Shown here: positions 31,391-40,956 of the stretch, piece after piece
Numbering within the stretch: the stretch's first letter is position 1
How the letters are laid out: every line of letters begins with the position of its first letter
Origin: Candidatus Cloacimonadales bacterium
GTDB lineage: Bacteria > Cloacimonadota > Cloacimonadia > Cloacimonadales > JAIOQZ01
Reading direction: 5' to 3'
Length of the DNA: 64,000 bases
Assembly: GCA_963665815.1 (NCBI GenBank)
Contig: OY762463.1
Location: 3,456,001 to 3,520,000, forward strand
Program-made: the position numbers and the translations under genes
The notes under the pieces: model-generated
Database searches by the model: none
Told to the model about the DNA's origin: nothing
Seen by the model: only the letters and a program-made list of their open reading frames with translations

Positions 31391-32371
31391 TTATTGATGA
31401 TTACTAAAATATTTAATGAATTGAACTCTTTCAAAGAACTGATTGTTTTCGGATTTTCCGGCAACCTTTCCTTTGAACTCAGCGATTGATTTATAATCTT
31501 TCTCTTTCATCCAGTTTTCAATGTCTGAGAGCATTTCTTTAACAATGGCAGGAGATTTAAGGTAAAGTACTGAAGCTATCTGAACGGCGTCTGCACCGGA
31601 AAGTATTTGTTTTATAACAGCTTCACCATTGTGGATACCTGTTGTGGCAGCAAGTGAACAGTTTACATGTTTGCTGCATAGTCCTGTCCATCTGAGTGAC
31701 ATTCCAAGTTGTTCTTTGGATGTGTAAGGAGATGCTGTTGTCATTTCAAGAGTACTCAGGTTGATGTCAGGATTATTAGATCTGTTAAAGAGAACAAGAG
31801 CATCGATATTGCTGTTAGAGAGCTTTCTGGCAAATCGTACGATGTTTGTGAAATAATAACCAATTTTAACAGCAACAGGGATTTTTACAACAGCTTTTAC
31901 TTTTTTGATTATATTGAAATAAGTTTGTTCTATTTCGGAGTCTTCAAGATTGGGGTCTCCCGGAATATTGAAGATATTCAGTTCAAGAGCATCTGCACCG
32001 GCATTTTCAATATCTTTGGCAAAATCAATCCATTCTGAATCTGAAATGCAGTTTACACTGGCAATTACAGGGATTGTAAGTTCAGCTTTTGCATCTTTGA
32101 TAAGTTTAAGATAATTTTCAACTATATGTTTTTTCTCAAAGTATGCAAGATAATCATCCATTTCGGCATGTGAATGGAAATGGTTTTCACTCATATTTTT
32201 GTCGATTTCCATTTTAATCTGTTCTTCAAAAAGCGATTTAAGAACCACTGCGCCAATACCATTTGCTTCGAGTTCTTTAAGTGATTCAGCAGAATTTGTA
32301 AGTCCGCTGGAGCCTGCAATAATTGGATTACGTAATGTAAGCCCCATATAATTAGTTGATAAATTGATCAT
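31391..32371 (-). CDS. Dihydroorotate dehydrogenase-like FMN protein
   Basis: YMGLTLRNPIIAGSS, VLKSLFEEQI, GADALELN, PVAVK, LFNR, GADAVQ. Confidence 0.85.
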   Translation of the reverse strand: MINLSTNYMGLTLRNPIIAGSSGLTNSAESLKELEANGIGAVVLKSLFEEQIKMEIDKNMSENHFHSHAEMDDYLAYFEKKHIVENYLKLIKDAKAELTIPVIASVNCISDSEWIDFAKDIENAGADALELNIFNIPGDPNLEDSEIEQTYFNIIKKVKAVVKIPVAVKIGYYFTNIVRFARKLSNSNIDALVLFNRSNNPDINLSTLEMTTASPYTSKEQLGMSLRWTGLCSKHVNCSLAATTGIHNGEAVIKQILSGADAVQIASVLYLKSPAIVKEMLSDIENWMKEKDYKSIAEFKGKVAGKSENNQFFERVQFIKYFSNHQ

Positions 32372-32780
32372 GTCAACCTCTCTTTATTTAATTTTAATTG
32401 TATTTTTTTTTATTTTAACTACTTGAGACAATGTTAACTCCAATTAAGAAATAGTCATAACTCAGTCAAGAAAAATCGGTTTTTTAAGTATTTGAGAGCT
32501 TTGCTCAATAATAAATCCATTCAGTTCTGACTTTATGATCTCGGTGAAACTCCTGATTTCATAAAGAATGTCTTTCAAATCCTGAATTGTTAAACTGAAT
32601 CGGGCTGAATTCAAGAATTTCATCAACTTTTACAATTTTGCAAAGATTTTTACAAGTAAAGACGGGATAATAAAATCAGGTGATTTTATATGTTTCATTG
32701 GCATTACTATCTCGTTTCCTTTACAGAAATAATTTGATAATTATAAAGGTTTACGGATATGGGAGATAGTCTGACAGACG

Positions 32781-32804
32781 TGGAATTATCATGTGATAAT
32801 TCCA
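32781..32804. other. Perfect 11-bp inverted repeat (terminator or operator)
   Basis: TGGAATTATCA-TG-TGATAATTCCA about 50 bp downstream of the flgM-like stop. Confidence 0.55.
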
Positions 32805-32855
32805 GTATAAGTATTAAACAAAATGTAACTATTTAAGGGAGTGAGAGTAGTTTTT

Positions 32856-33374
32856 TCAGGAAAAAAGACCAAGTAATTTATCTGCAGTCTTTTCTATTAT
32901 TTCTTTGTCATTATAAAATCCTGACTCAGCTCTGTCTTTGATTGCAGTTAGAAGGGCTGAATTGTCAGCTTCTTCAGCATCTGCTTCTTTAAGCTTATTA
33001 ACATATTCTTTTACTCGAATCTGTTTTTCAATGGATTCTCTTATTACTCGATCTGAAAAAATATTTTCTGATACTTTATCAGAAACCTGATCATTAAAAT
33101 AATAGTTTGAATCTACTTTATTTTTAACATCTTCAAGCTTTTCATTTCTTACTTCATCAAACTGTTCAAGTCTTTCGAGAGCAAACCTCAGAATCTGTTC
33201 TGTTTCCTGAAGTTTCTTTGCTTTAGATGAAAAATTAACTTCATCTGTAGACTCTGAACCTGATGATACTTTATCAGTATTCTTGTCTTCAGTCTTTTTG
33301 TCTTTTGTTTTCTGTACTTTACTCTGAGTAATGGAATTAGTTCCAATAGAATTTATGATCTTATCTATTGCCAT
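32856..33374 (-). CDS. flgM: FlgM-like anti-sigma28 factor with duplicated C-terminal motif
   Basis: DEVNFSSKAK, VRNEKLEDVKNKVDSNYY and a second LTAIKDRAESGFY...TADKLL; follows fliD-fliS. Confidence 0.7.
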   Translation of the reverse strand: MAIDKIINSIGTNSITQSKVQKTKDKKTEDKNTDKVSSGSESTDEVNFSSKAKKLQETEQILRFALERLEQFDEVRNEKLEDVKNKVDSNYYFNDQVSDKVSENIFSDRVIRESIEKQIRVKEYVNKLKEADAEEADNSALLTAIKDRAESGFYNDKEIIEKTADKLLGLFS

Positions 33375-33425
33375 TTCTCACCTCCAAGTTTATATGACGA
33401 TATATCCATATAAACGTCAAGAAAA

Positions 33426-33860
33426 TTAACCGAATTTCCTTATTGAATGCTGTGCCATTTCTCTTTTACTGACATTACGAGCATCCTGGTAATCCGGATT
33501 TTCAACTATTTCTGCAAAAGCATCCTTGAGGTTCTGGAGAATACCAATTGCTTTGTTTATCATTTCTACATCATTCTTTGAGTTTGCTTGATTAAGGTAT
33601 CTTGAAAGGAATATGTAAATTGATCTCAAGTTTTTTGCAATATCATTACCTTTATCCATATCCAAAGAATAATTAAGCTCGTCAATTATGTTCTGTGCTT
33701 TGTTCAGGAACTTACCTTTTTTGTAGAAATCTTTCTTTTCAGCATAAATTTTTGCTTTATTCAAGAAAGTGATAGCTCCGGAAAAAAGCATTACAACAAT
33801 CTTTCCACGATTCATCGTATTGACGTTTACTTGCTTATAGGTGTTAAACCTATTGTCCAT
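33426..33860 (-). CDS. fliS: Flagellin export chaperone FliS
   Basis: YKQ...T...IVVMLFSGAI, KAQNIIDELNYSLDMDKG.DIAKNLRSIY. Confidence 0.93.
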   Translation of the reverse strand: MDNRFNTYKQVNVNTMNRGKIVVMLFSGAITFLNKAKIYAEKKDFYKKGKFLNKAQNIIDELNYSLDMDKGNDIAKNLRSIYIFLSRYLNQANSKNDVEMINKAIGILQNLKDAFAEIVENPDYQDARNVSKREMAQHSIRKFG

Positions 33861-33876
33861 AGAACCTCCAAACCTT

Positions 33877-36204
33877 TTATGACAATTTAGCCAGCTCTGA
33901 CTGAAGCCTTTCCATCTGAGAGTTATAATTCTGTATGGTTACTTCAAGTCTGGCATATCTAGCTTTTTCTCTCTTTTCGACCATATCGACTCTTCTTAAT
34001 TCACGTTCTATCTTAACATCGATGTTGTCCATTATATTCTCGTAGTTTTTTGTCAAAACTTTAAGAGTTCCTGACTCTGAATTAGAAATTTTTTCTTTCA
34101 GCTCTTCAAATTCCTTTGCTTTACCCTGTCTGATTCTTACTGTTCCTTCCAGAGTTGTGCTTACTCCTCCGGTGATTTGCAGGGCCATACCTTTTGCACT
34201 GCCGGAAGTTGCAGTCGCAAATTTTCCTGAAGAATCAATTTTCATAGTCCAACCATCAGCTTCTGTATCACCATCTTCCCAGTAGGTCGCAGATGTGGCT
34301 TCTCCACTGGCATCAACATTGACCTTATAATGGTAATATCCAGGATTCGTTGAACTGGTTCCACCTGCATAAGCAACATTTGCACCGGATACAACACCTA
34401 CATTTTCGTCACTGAAAAGAGATACTACTGCTTCAGGACTGTTATTCAATGCATCCATTAAAGCTTCTTCATCAACTTCAAGCTGACTGTCGTCTCCGGT
34501 TGATATTCCTATCTGTGGAAGAAGAATAAATTCATCAAGACCATCCTGGAATCCTTCAGCTCTTGAAGCAATAAAAAGCTTCATGTCACTCTCAACGGAA
34601 TATACTCCATAGTTACCAACCAACTCGCCTGATTCGTCAGTTTCTGCTTCGCCATCATCGTTTGTTACAACTTCTGTCAGCTCTTTTATGTATGACATAG
34701 TATCGTTATAAGCATCAACAAAATCCATAATCTTTGATTTCATTGCTTCAACATCGTTTGATATTGTAATATCTGTTGTGCCTGCCGACTTAATCGTAAT
34801 TGATGCACCGTCAATTACTTCATCAATCAGGTTTGTAGAGTTCTGAAGCCATTCCTCATTGGATGGATATGAATCCAGTTTGATCATTGAATTTGTAGCT
34901 GATTGAGTTTCATCAAAACTTCCGTTTTTGAAGACTCCTGCACTGAAACTTGAGTAATCAATATCTTCAATCTTGTTTGCAGCTCCTGTATTTTCTCCGG
35001 TCAAAACCATGTGGTAGGAGTTTGCTGTACCTGTTCCATCATTAATAATTGTTGCTCGTACTCCGGGATTATCCGGATCATCATTTATCAGATCAACTAA
35101 ATCCTGCAGTGTTGAGCCTGCTTCGACACTGATTGCCGGGACGCTTACACCGCCATAAGAAAAGCTGAAAGTGGCATCTGTGGTTGTTATTGCAGTCGTA
35201 TCTGCATCAGAAAAGCCGCTGTGAACCTCTTTCTCGGCCTGTGCCAGTCCCGAATCCTGTGCATGTTGGATATCAGGGTTAAATGCGTCTATAGCATAAG
35301 TTGCTCTTTTAGTAAAGTTCTGACCATCTGCAAAAGTAACCTGAACTCCCTGAGCAACATCGAATGTACCTCCGGCATTGACAGTTATTGTGCCTGATTT
35401 GTTTTCAACGGAATCCGTCCATTTTAGTGCAACAGTATCAGATCCGACTGTACCACCGTTTGTTACTTCAAAAATGAATCTTTTATTAACATGTCCTGTG
35501 TAATTGCCGGCTCCGCTGTTAGATGTAAATGTGTCACCACCTTTTGCATCTATAGCTTCCACATCATCAATACCTTCATCGAACAAACTTGTATTAGTCT
35601 GGGTGATATTGATAGTATATTCTGTTCCTGCATTTTCAGAAACAATTTTGAGTCTGGCAGAGTTGCTTGTGGAGTTGTCGGAAATTACTTCCGCACTTGC
35701 TTCGCTCATACCGGCATTAATTTCTCCGGCAATATCATCAAGAGTCTTTCCTCCGGTACCGTCAATAGTAAGGGTTTCGTGTACTGTGCCTGATTCAGGA
35801 TCTGCAATGCTTATTGTAAAGAATTCAGTTACATCGTTCAATGCAATATCAGAACCGCTGTCTAAACCTCTGCTTTCAACGATGTGTTGAGTATTTTCAG
35901 CTACAGTGAACCGGTATGAACCGGGAGTTGCAGTACTGTCCACTGCTATATCGGCAATGGTTGAATTTCCGATAGAGGATTGTCTGGTAATAAATCCGGT
36001 TTCAGACGATAAAATGTCCATTGCATTATATGCTGAAAGAAACTTTGTATTAAGTTCATTCAGTTTGTCAGTCTTAGACTGCCATTCTGCTTTCCATGTT
36101 TCAAGTTTTTTTGCCTGATACATCTCGGCTTCAACTAACTGATCTACCAGTGAGTTAAAGTCTATACCAGTAGCCAAACCAGAAAAATTTATTTCTCCGG
36201 ACAT
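33877..36204 (-). CDS. fliD: Flagellar filament cap protein FliD
   Basis: FSGLATGIDFNSLVDQLVEAE N-terminus, FVDAYN, C-terminal coiled coil RYARLE. Confidence 0.93.
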   Translation of the reverse strand: MSGEINFSGLATGIDFNSLVDQLVEAEMYQAKKLETWKAEWQSKTDKLNELNTKFLSAYNAMDILSSETGFITRQSSIGNSTIADIAVDSTATPGSYRFTVAENTQHIVESRGLDSGSDIALNDVTEFFTISIADPESGTVHETLTIDGTGGKTLDDIAGEINAGMSEASAEVISDNSTSNSARLKIVSENAGTEYTINITQTNTSLFDEGIDDVEAIDAKGGDTFTSNSGAGNYTGHVNKRFIFEVTNGGTVGSDTVALKWTDSVENKSGTITVNAGGTFDVAQGVQVTFADGQNFTKRATYAIDAFNPDIQHAQDSGLAQAEKEVHSGFSDADTTAITTTDATFSFSYGGVSVPAISVEAGSTLQDLVDLINDDPDNPGVRATIINDGTGTANSYHMVLTGENTGAANKIEDIDYSSFSAGVFKNGSFDETQSATNSMIKLDSYPSNEEWLQNSTNLIDEVIDGASITIKSAGTTDITISNDVEAMKSKIMDFVDAYNDTMSYIKELTEVVTNDDGEAETDESGELVGNYGVYSVESDMKLFIASRAEGFQDGLDEFILLPQIGISTGDDSQLEVDEEALMDALNNSPEAVVSLFSDENVGVVSGANVAYAGGTSSTNPGYYHYKVNVDASGEATSATYWEDGDTEADGWTMKIDSSGKFATATSGSAKGMALQITGGVSTTLEGTVRIRQGKAKEFEELKEKISNSESGTLKVLTKNYENIMDNIDVKIERELRRVDMVEKREKARYARLEVTIQNYNSQMERLQSELAKLS

Positions 36205-36222
36205 GTATAACTCCTCATTTCA

Positions 36223-36249
36223 ATATCGTTAATTTTGTTGAAATCTTTA
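36223..36249 (-). promoter_or_regulatory. Candidate sigma28 (FliA) promoter of fliD
   Basis: Minus strand TAAA-N15-AACGATAT versus consensus TAAA-N15-GCCGATAA. Confidence 0.55.
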
Positions 36250-36292
36250 ATGTTTTCTCAACTTTTTTACAGAATATTATTCATTAAATTAC

Positions 36293-36309
36293 ATGCAATT
36301 GCAGTGCCA
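36293..36309 (-). promoter_or_regulatory. Sigma54 (-24/-12) promoter of fliD
   Basis: Minus strand TGGCAC-TGCAA-TTGCAT matches TGGCAC-N5-TTGCW. Confidence 0.8.
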
Positions 36310-36462
36310 CAGATTTTTCCGTAAATATGGGCTTTTCAACAACAAAAATTGTCATTAATGGAAAATACTTCCTTTATGGTGTGATTTTTTTCTGAATCGA
36401 AATGATTTGACTGTTTTTACTTATTGAATACAATTTAATCACTAAAGTACAATGAGGTTATA

Positions 36463-37017
36463 ATGATGAACTCTGATATAAAAAAAGATTTACTGAAACT
36501 TGCTCGATCAACAATTGAAAACTATCTGAGGACAGGTTCTAAATCTAATGCTGATTTTTCCGGAGATATTTTTAATGAACAACGTGCTGTTTTTGTGACT
36601 CTGACAAAGAATGATCAATTAAGAGGGTGTATTGGGCAGTTGGAAGCACGAACAACACTTAAGAGTGCAGTTATTGATATGGCAGTATCCGCAGCTTTTC
36701 ATGATACTAGATTTTCTCCGGTAACAATATCTGAACTTGCTGATATATCAATTGAAATTTCTGTTCTTACTCCAATGAAGAAGATCAAAGATTATAAAGA
36801 TGTCAGGTTGGGGATTGATGGTGTCGTAGTGCAGAACGGATATAGGGGAGGTGTATTTCTTCCTCAGGTTGCTACTGAGACTAACTGGGATCTTGATACT
36901 TTTTTGAAAGTGCTCTGTCAGCAGAAAGCAGGTTTGCATGCCGATGCTTATAAGGAAGATTCTACAGATATATTCGTTTTTCAAGTGGAGAAGTTTTCTG
37001 AGAAAGATTTTGCTTGA
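36463..37017 (+). CDS. amrA: AmmeMemoRadiSam system protein A (AMMECR1 family)
   Basis: AVFVTL...LRGCIG, AAFHDTRF, EISVLTP, GVFLPQVA. Confidence 0.9.
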   Translation: MMNSDIKKDLLKLARSTIENYLRTGSKSNADFSGDIFNEQRAVFVTLTKNDQLRGCIGQLEARTTLKSAVIDMAVSAAFHDTRFSPVTISELADISIEISVLTPMKKIKDYKDVRLGIDGVVVQNGYRGGVFLPQVATETNWDLDTFLKVLCQQKAGLHADAYKEDSTDIFVFQVEKFSEKDFA

Positions 37018-37232
37018 TTAGACTGATGGAGAATAACTAAGTTTCTATTTAACATTAATTTCTGGAAATTAGTTATCTGTTGATTGGTTATTGAGTACAT
37101 TTTAATTGCAAAAAAAATGATAAAATTGTTTGACATAAAAACGTAGTATCTTTTTTTTACACAACTGTAAGCGCAATCAAGTTATTTTATTACGCGGACC
37201 ATAGAGTGAAATTGTGATATTGTTTATAAATC

Positions 37233-37318
37233 GGAGGATTAGTTCTAATTGGTAAGACAGCGGTCTTGAAAACCGCCGGGCTTTGCCCTTGGGGGTTCGA
37301 GTCCCTCATCCTCCGCCA
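37233..37318 (+). tRNA. tRNA-Ser (anticodon TGA)
   Basis: GGAGGAT/ATCCTCC acceptor stem, GCGGT-CT-TGA-AA-ACCGC arm, long variable arm, GTTCGA, encoded CCA. Confidence 0.95.
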
Positions 37319-37326
37319 TTTTATAG

Positions 37327-37418
37327 GGAGAGGTGGCCGAGTCGGCTTAAGGCGTACGCCTGCTAAGCGTATGAGGGTCAAAAGCTCTCCGTGGGTTCGA
37401 ATCCCACCCTCTCCGCCA
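37327..37418 (+). tRNA. tRNA-Ser (anticodon GCT)
   Basis: GGAGAGG/CCTCTCC acceptor stem, TACGC-CT-GCT-AA-GCGTA arm, long variable arm, CCA. Confidence 0.95.
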
Positions 37419-37454
37419 TAAAATTTTGTAAATAATAAATTATATATTATATAT

Positions 37455-37529
37455 TAGCCCGTAGCCAAGCGGTAAGGCAGCAGGTTTTGGTCCTGCCATT
37501 CAGGGGTTCGAATCCTCTCGGGCTAACCA
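37455..37529 (+). tRNA. tRNA-Gln (anticodon TTG)
   Basis: TAGCCCG/CGGGCTA acceptor stem, GCAGG-TT-TTG-GT-CCTGC arm, GTTCGAATCC, CCA. Confidence 0.95.
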
Positions 37530-37536
37530 TACTTTT

Positions 37537-37562
37537 AACCAGCAGAAATGCTGGTTTTTTTT
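37537..37562 (+). terminator. Intrinsic terminator after the tRNA cluster
   Basis: AACCAGCA-GAAA-TGCTGGTT followed by a T run. Confidence 0.85.
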
Positions 37563-37682
37563 ATGCTGTATAATGAGAATATTTCAATAAAAAGGTTTAA
37601 ATTACATAGAGTAAAATACTTGGCTTGAATATTATTTTGAAAAATGAATTAGCGCTTAAAACAAATTCAAAATGGAGTAAAA

Positions 37683-40139
37683 ATGACATTGAGGTTTACA
37701 TTTGTTGTGTTGTTAGCTATTCTCTGGAGTGGGGTTTCAGCGAGGAGTACGGGAACATTAACAGGTAAGGTCAAGGATGCTAAAAGTAACAAACCATTAC
37801 CCGGAGTAATTGTTTTTCTTGATGATGAGAAAGTTGCAGTTACGGAAAAAGAAGGCACATACATTATAAGGGATATTCCAATAGGTTCCCACAAGATTAC
37901 TTTTAAAAGAATGGGTTATAAAACAAGGGTAAAACCAAATATAGTTGTTAAGTCTGATTATACATTTGTGATAAACATTGAGATGGAAATTCAACCTATA
38001 GCTTTTCAGACGATTAATGTCAGTTCCAAGGAAGAATATTTTCGCGAAGTAAAATCTGCACCTGTGAGTTCCAAGACAATTGAGATAGAAGAAATAAGAT
38101 CACAACCATCAGGATCTTATGATGCACAGAGAGTTGTTCAGGCTTTGCCATCTGTACTGACTGTTACAGATCAGAGCAATGAGATCATAACAAGAGGTGG
38201 GGCAGCCGGAGAAAATCTTTTTGTTCTGGATAATCTTGAGATTATGAATCCTAACCATTTTGGTGAGACAAACAAAGGTGGTGGTCCAATCAGCATGATC
38301 GTCCCGGAATATATTAAAGAAATTGATTTTTATGCAGGAGCCTTTCCAGCCAAATATGGAGACAAGGCTTCCTCTGTAATGTCTGTAAAGACAAGAAACG
38401 GAAACAGGCATGAATATCAGACAAAACTGGATATGGGAAATGCAGGATATGGGGTTATGTCTGAAGGGCCTGTTCCCGGAGATAAAGGTTCATTTTTCCT
38501 TTCGTATCACAGGAGTTTTCTCAGTCTGATTAGTAAGAGCGTAGGATTGACATCTGTCCCTGAATATCAGTCATTTTTTGGTAAACAGATTATTAATATT
38601 GCACCTCGATACACTCTTACACTGCATCAATTGTGGGCAGATGATGAACAGGATGATGTAGAAGACAGAGATGAACTGGAAGAAGGAGACCAACCTGATG
38701 ATGAGGACTATGTAAGATGCGGCAGATATATATTTGGTGCTACACTCAAGAAGTCCTCAGACTGGGGATTGCAGAATTTTATTATCTCTTACAGTGATCA
38801 GCACTGGAAGGAAACTACAATAGATGTGGACTGGAAAGATGAAATAAACAGCAGAGATAACGAGAACTTTGTTTTTGAAAAAGAATCTGCAATGCATAAC
38901 AAAGAGAAGTTTTATAAAGCCAGGTATTCACTATATGTCCCTGACACAAAGATTGGAGATTGGGAAATTGGCTCTACTTTGAGTTTTGAAGATGTAAGTT
39001 CTGAGAAGTTTATGCGTCCGGAAACAAGTTATGTATATCATATGGAGGATGATCAAGTTGTTATTGATGATACATTGTATAACAATTATGGTGATGATAA
39101 TATCATGAAAGCAGAAGTGACCTCAAAGAAGCTTTCAGGTTATCTGCAATGGGAGAAAGCTGTTAAGTCTTTTGAACTGAATTGTGGATTGAGGGCAGAT
39201 TATTTTGAATACACCGGAGAAACTGTGTTTGCTCCAAGAATTGGTATAAAATGGCTCTACAGTGATATGACACAATTTTCCTTGGGCTATGGGAGACATT
39301 ATCAATTTCCCGGATACTACTATTTCACTGCTACATCATCAGAAGAAGATCCCATTGGTTATGAAACCAATAAAGATTTGAAAGCCAAATATACTGATCA
39401 GATAATAGCCGGAGTAAGCAGAACATTGATGGAAGATCTTAAACTATCATGTGAAGCATACTATAAGAAGTACGATAATGTTCCAATCAGGCACTCAGAT
39501 ACTACTACCGAACTCAAGGATCATGATTATTTCTTTCTGAATGAGGGTGAAGGATATGCCAGAGGTGTAGAGCTGTTTGTTCATAAGAAAGTTAAGAAAA
39601 ATTATTGGGGAACACTGAGCTATTCCTTATCAGAAGCAAAAGCCGTGGATCAGAGATATCCTGATGAAGATATTGAATATGATTGGGATTTTGATATAAG
39701 ACATTCTCTAACGTGTATACTTGGATATAAAATTGTCTCTATGGAGCATGAATGGTTCAATAATAATAGAAAATGGATGAAATATCTTTGGTGGACAGGT
39801 ATTATTCCCGGAGATGAAACAGAAATCTCGGCAAAGTTCAAATATTCCAGTGGAAGACCTTACACTAAGAAAGTATATGATAGTGTAAACAAGGAATGGG
39901 ATGTACCGGAAAACTTTGATTTTAATACAGAGAGATATCCCGACTATCAAAGACTGGATATTCACATTAAGAATATGTGGTTTTCAGGCAGATTCAATTT
40001 CAGTACATACTTTGAAATGGATAATGTCTTTGATCGCAAAAACATTTATCTATATAAGTATAAAGGTGAAACAGGTATCATCAAGAAGAAATACATGTTT
40101 TCAAGGACTATATTTGGAGGATTCATTATTGAATTTTAA
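37683..40139 (+). CDS. TonB-dependent receptor with N-terminal carboxypeptidase-regulatory-like domain
   Basis: GTLTGKVKD..KPLPGV, plug RGG..GENLFVLD, GAFPAKYGD, GLRADY, APRIG, terminal Phe. Confidence 0.88.
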   Translation: MTLRFTFVVLLAILWSGVSARSTGTLTGKVKDAKSNKPLPGVIVFLDDEKVAVTEKEGTYIIRDIPIGSHKITFKRMGYKTRVKPNIVVKSDYTFVINIEMEIQPIAFQTINVSSKEEYFREVKSAPVSSKTIEIEEIRSQPSGSYDAQRVVQALPSVLTVTDQSNEIITRGGAAGENLFVLDNLEIMNPNHFGETNKGGGPISMIVPEYIKEIDFYAGAFPAKYGDKASSVMSVKTRNGNRHEYQTKLDMGNAGYGVMSEGPVPGDKGSFFLSYHRSFLSLISKSVGLTSVPEYQSFFGKQIINIAPRYTLTLHQLWADDEQDDVEDRDELEEGDQPDDEDYVRCGRYIFGATLKKSSDWGLQNFIISYSDQHWKETTIDVDWKDEINSRDNENFVFEKESAMHNKEKFYKARYSLYVPDTKIGDWEIGSTLSFEDVSSEKFMRPETSYVYHMEDDQVVIDDTLYNNYGDDNIMKAEVTSKKLSGYLQWEKAVKSFELNCGLRADYFEYTGETVFAPRIGIKWLYSDMTQFSLGYGRHYQFPGYYYFTATSSEEDPIGYETNKDLKAKYTDQIIAGVSRTLMEDLKLSCEAYYKKYDNVPIRHSDTTTELKDHDYFFLNEGEGYARGVELFVHKKVKKNYWGTLSYSLSEAKAVDQRYPDEDIEYDWDFDIRHSLTCILGYKIVSMEHEWFNNNRKWMKYLWWTGIIPGDETEISAKFKYSSGRPYTKKVYDSVNKEWDVPENFDFNTERYPDYQRLDIHIKNMWFSGRFNFSTYFEMDNVFDRKNIYLYKYKGETGIIKKKYMFSRTIFGGFIIEF

Positions 40140-40187
40140 GCAGAGTACTTTTATAAGTGATACTGCTAATATGCATAGAATAACTGA

Positions 40188-40577
40188 TTATTTCAGTTTC
40201 TCATTAAAATACACAAAATTTTGAATGATTTCTTTAATCATGATAGTATTACAATTTGATATGCAGTGGGAGAGAGTGTGGTGTTCATCGCAATAACCCG
40301 GACATTCAGTTGTTTCTTTATTCGTTTGATTATTTAAATATTCTCTGTAAATGTCCAGAAATTTTTCTACAGGTAAATTTATAAAGCCTTTGCAGTTATG
40401 AGCAAAGAGGAATGTTCCTTTACAATAGTCTGTAAAATTTGCAATATAGCCTGCAATAGTAATGTCAGTATCTTTTAAAAAATCTTTTTTGGATTTCCAG
40501 ATCTTTGAGCATTCGGAGCATTCTGCGAAAGCTGCATTGGCAGCATAATTTTTCTGAATGTTAAACTCTTCAAGCAT
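40188..40577 (-). CDS. Small Cys-rich hypothetical protein (paralog B)
   Basis: CSEC.KIW, GY, FLFAHNCKG, ECPGYC, HC..NC; aligns with the neighbouring gene. Confidence 0.75.
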   Translation of the reverse strand: MLEEFNIQKNYAANAAFAECSECSKIWKSKKDFLKDTDITIAGYIANFTDYCKGTFLFAHNCKGFINLPVEKFLDIYREYLNNQTNKETTECPGYCDEHHTLSHCISNCNTIMIKEIIQNFVYFNEKLK

Positions 40578-40581
40578 AAAC

Positions 40582-40944
40582 TCAACTCATTTCTTCTGGT
40601 TGCCAGTTTTTTATTACCTGAATAATTTCTCTTACCCATGAGCATTCACAGTCGTTTGGGCATCTGGACAGATCAGATTCATTCGAACATAACTGCTTGC
40701 ACTCACTTGTTCCAAAGAAGTTCCTTTTGTATTCTTTTTCAGGATATAAGTCCTGAAAAATTTCAGCTTTCATACCAAATGTACCTTTGCAGCTATGGTT
40801 AAAAAGCAGTATTCCTTTCTTCAAAGTTTTGAAATGCATTTGATAACCAACAATTAATACTTCCGGATCATTCAGTAAATCAGCTCTGCGTTCCCATATT
40901 TTACCACATAAAGGGCATGCTTTAAAATGTTTCTGTTTGTCCAT
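40582..40944 (-). CDS. Small Cys-rich hypothetical protein (paralog A)
   Basis: CPLCGKIW, GY, LLFNHSCKG, ECKQLC, RCPNDCEC; AGGAG RBS. Confidence 0.8.
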   Translation of the reverse strand: MDKQKHFKACPLCGKIWERRADLLNDPEVLIVGYQMHFKTLKKGILLFNHSCKGTFGMKAEIFQDLYPEKEYKRNFFGTSECKQLCSNESDLSRCPNDCECSWVREIIQVIKNWQPEEMS

Positions 40945-40956
40945 ATACTCTCCTGT

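Noticed and set aside
32372..32855. Riboswitch or ncRNA in the long intergenic gap (also 61737-62158)
   Set aside because: No recognisable RNA family motif; only isolated hairpins. An Rfam scan would be needed
36463..37017. Complete AmmeMemoRadiSam system
   Set aside because: Only protein A is in the window; the Memo and radical SAM partners are not adjacent
37233..37529. tRNA-anchored prophage or island; selenocysteine tRNA
   Set aside because: No integrase or duplicated tRNA 3' end was seen; anticodon TGA reads the Ser codon UCA, whereas tRNA-Sec has anticodon TCA
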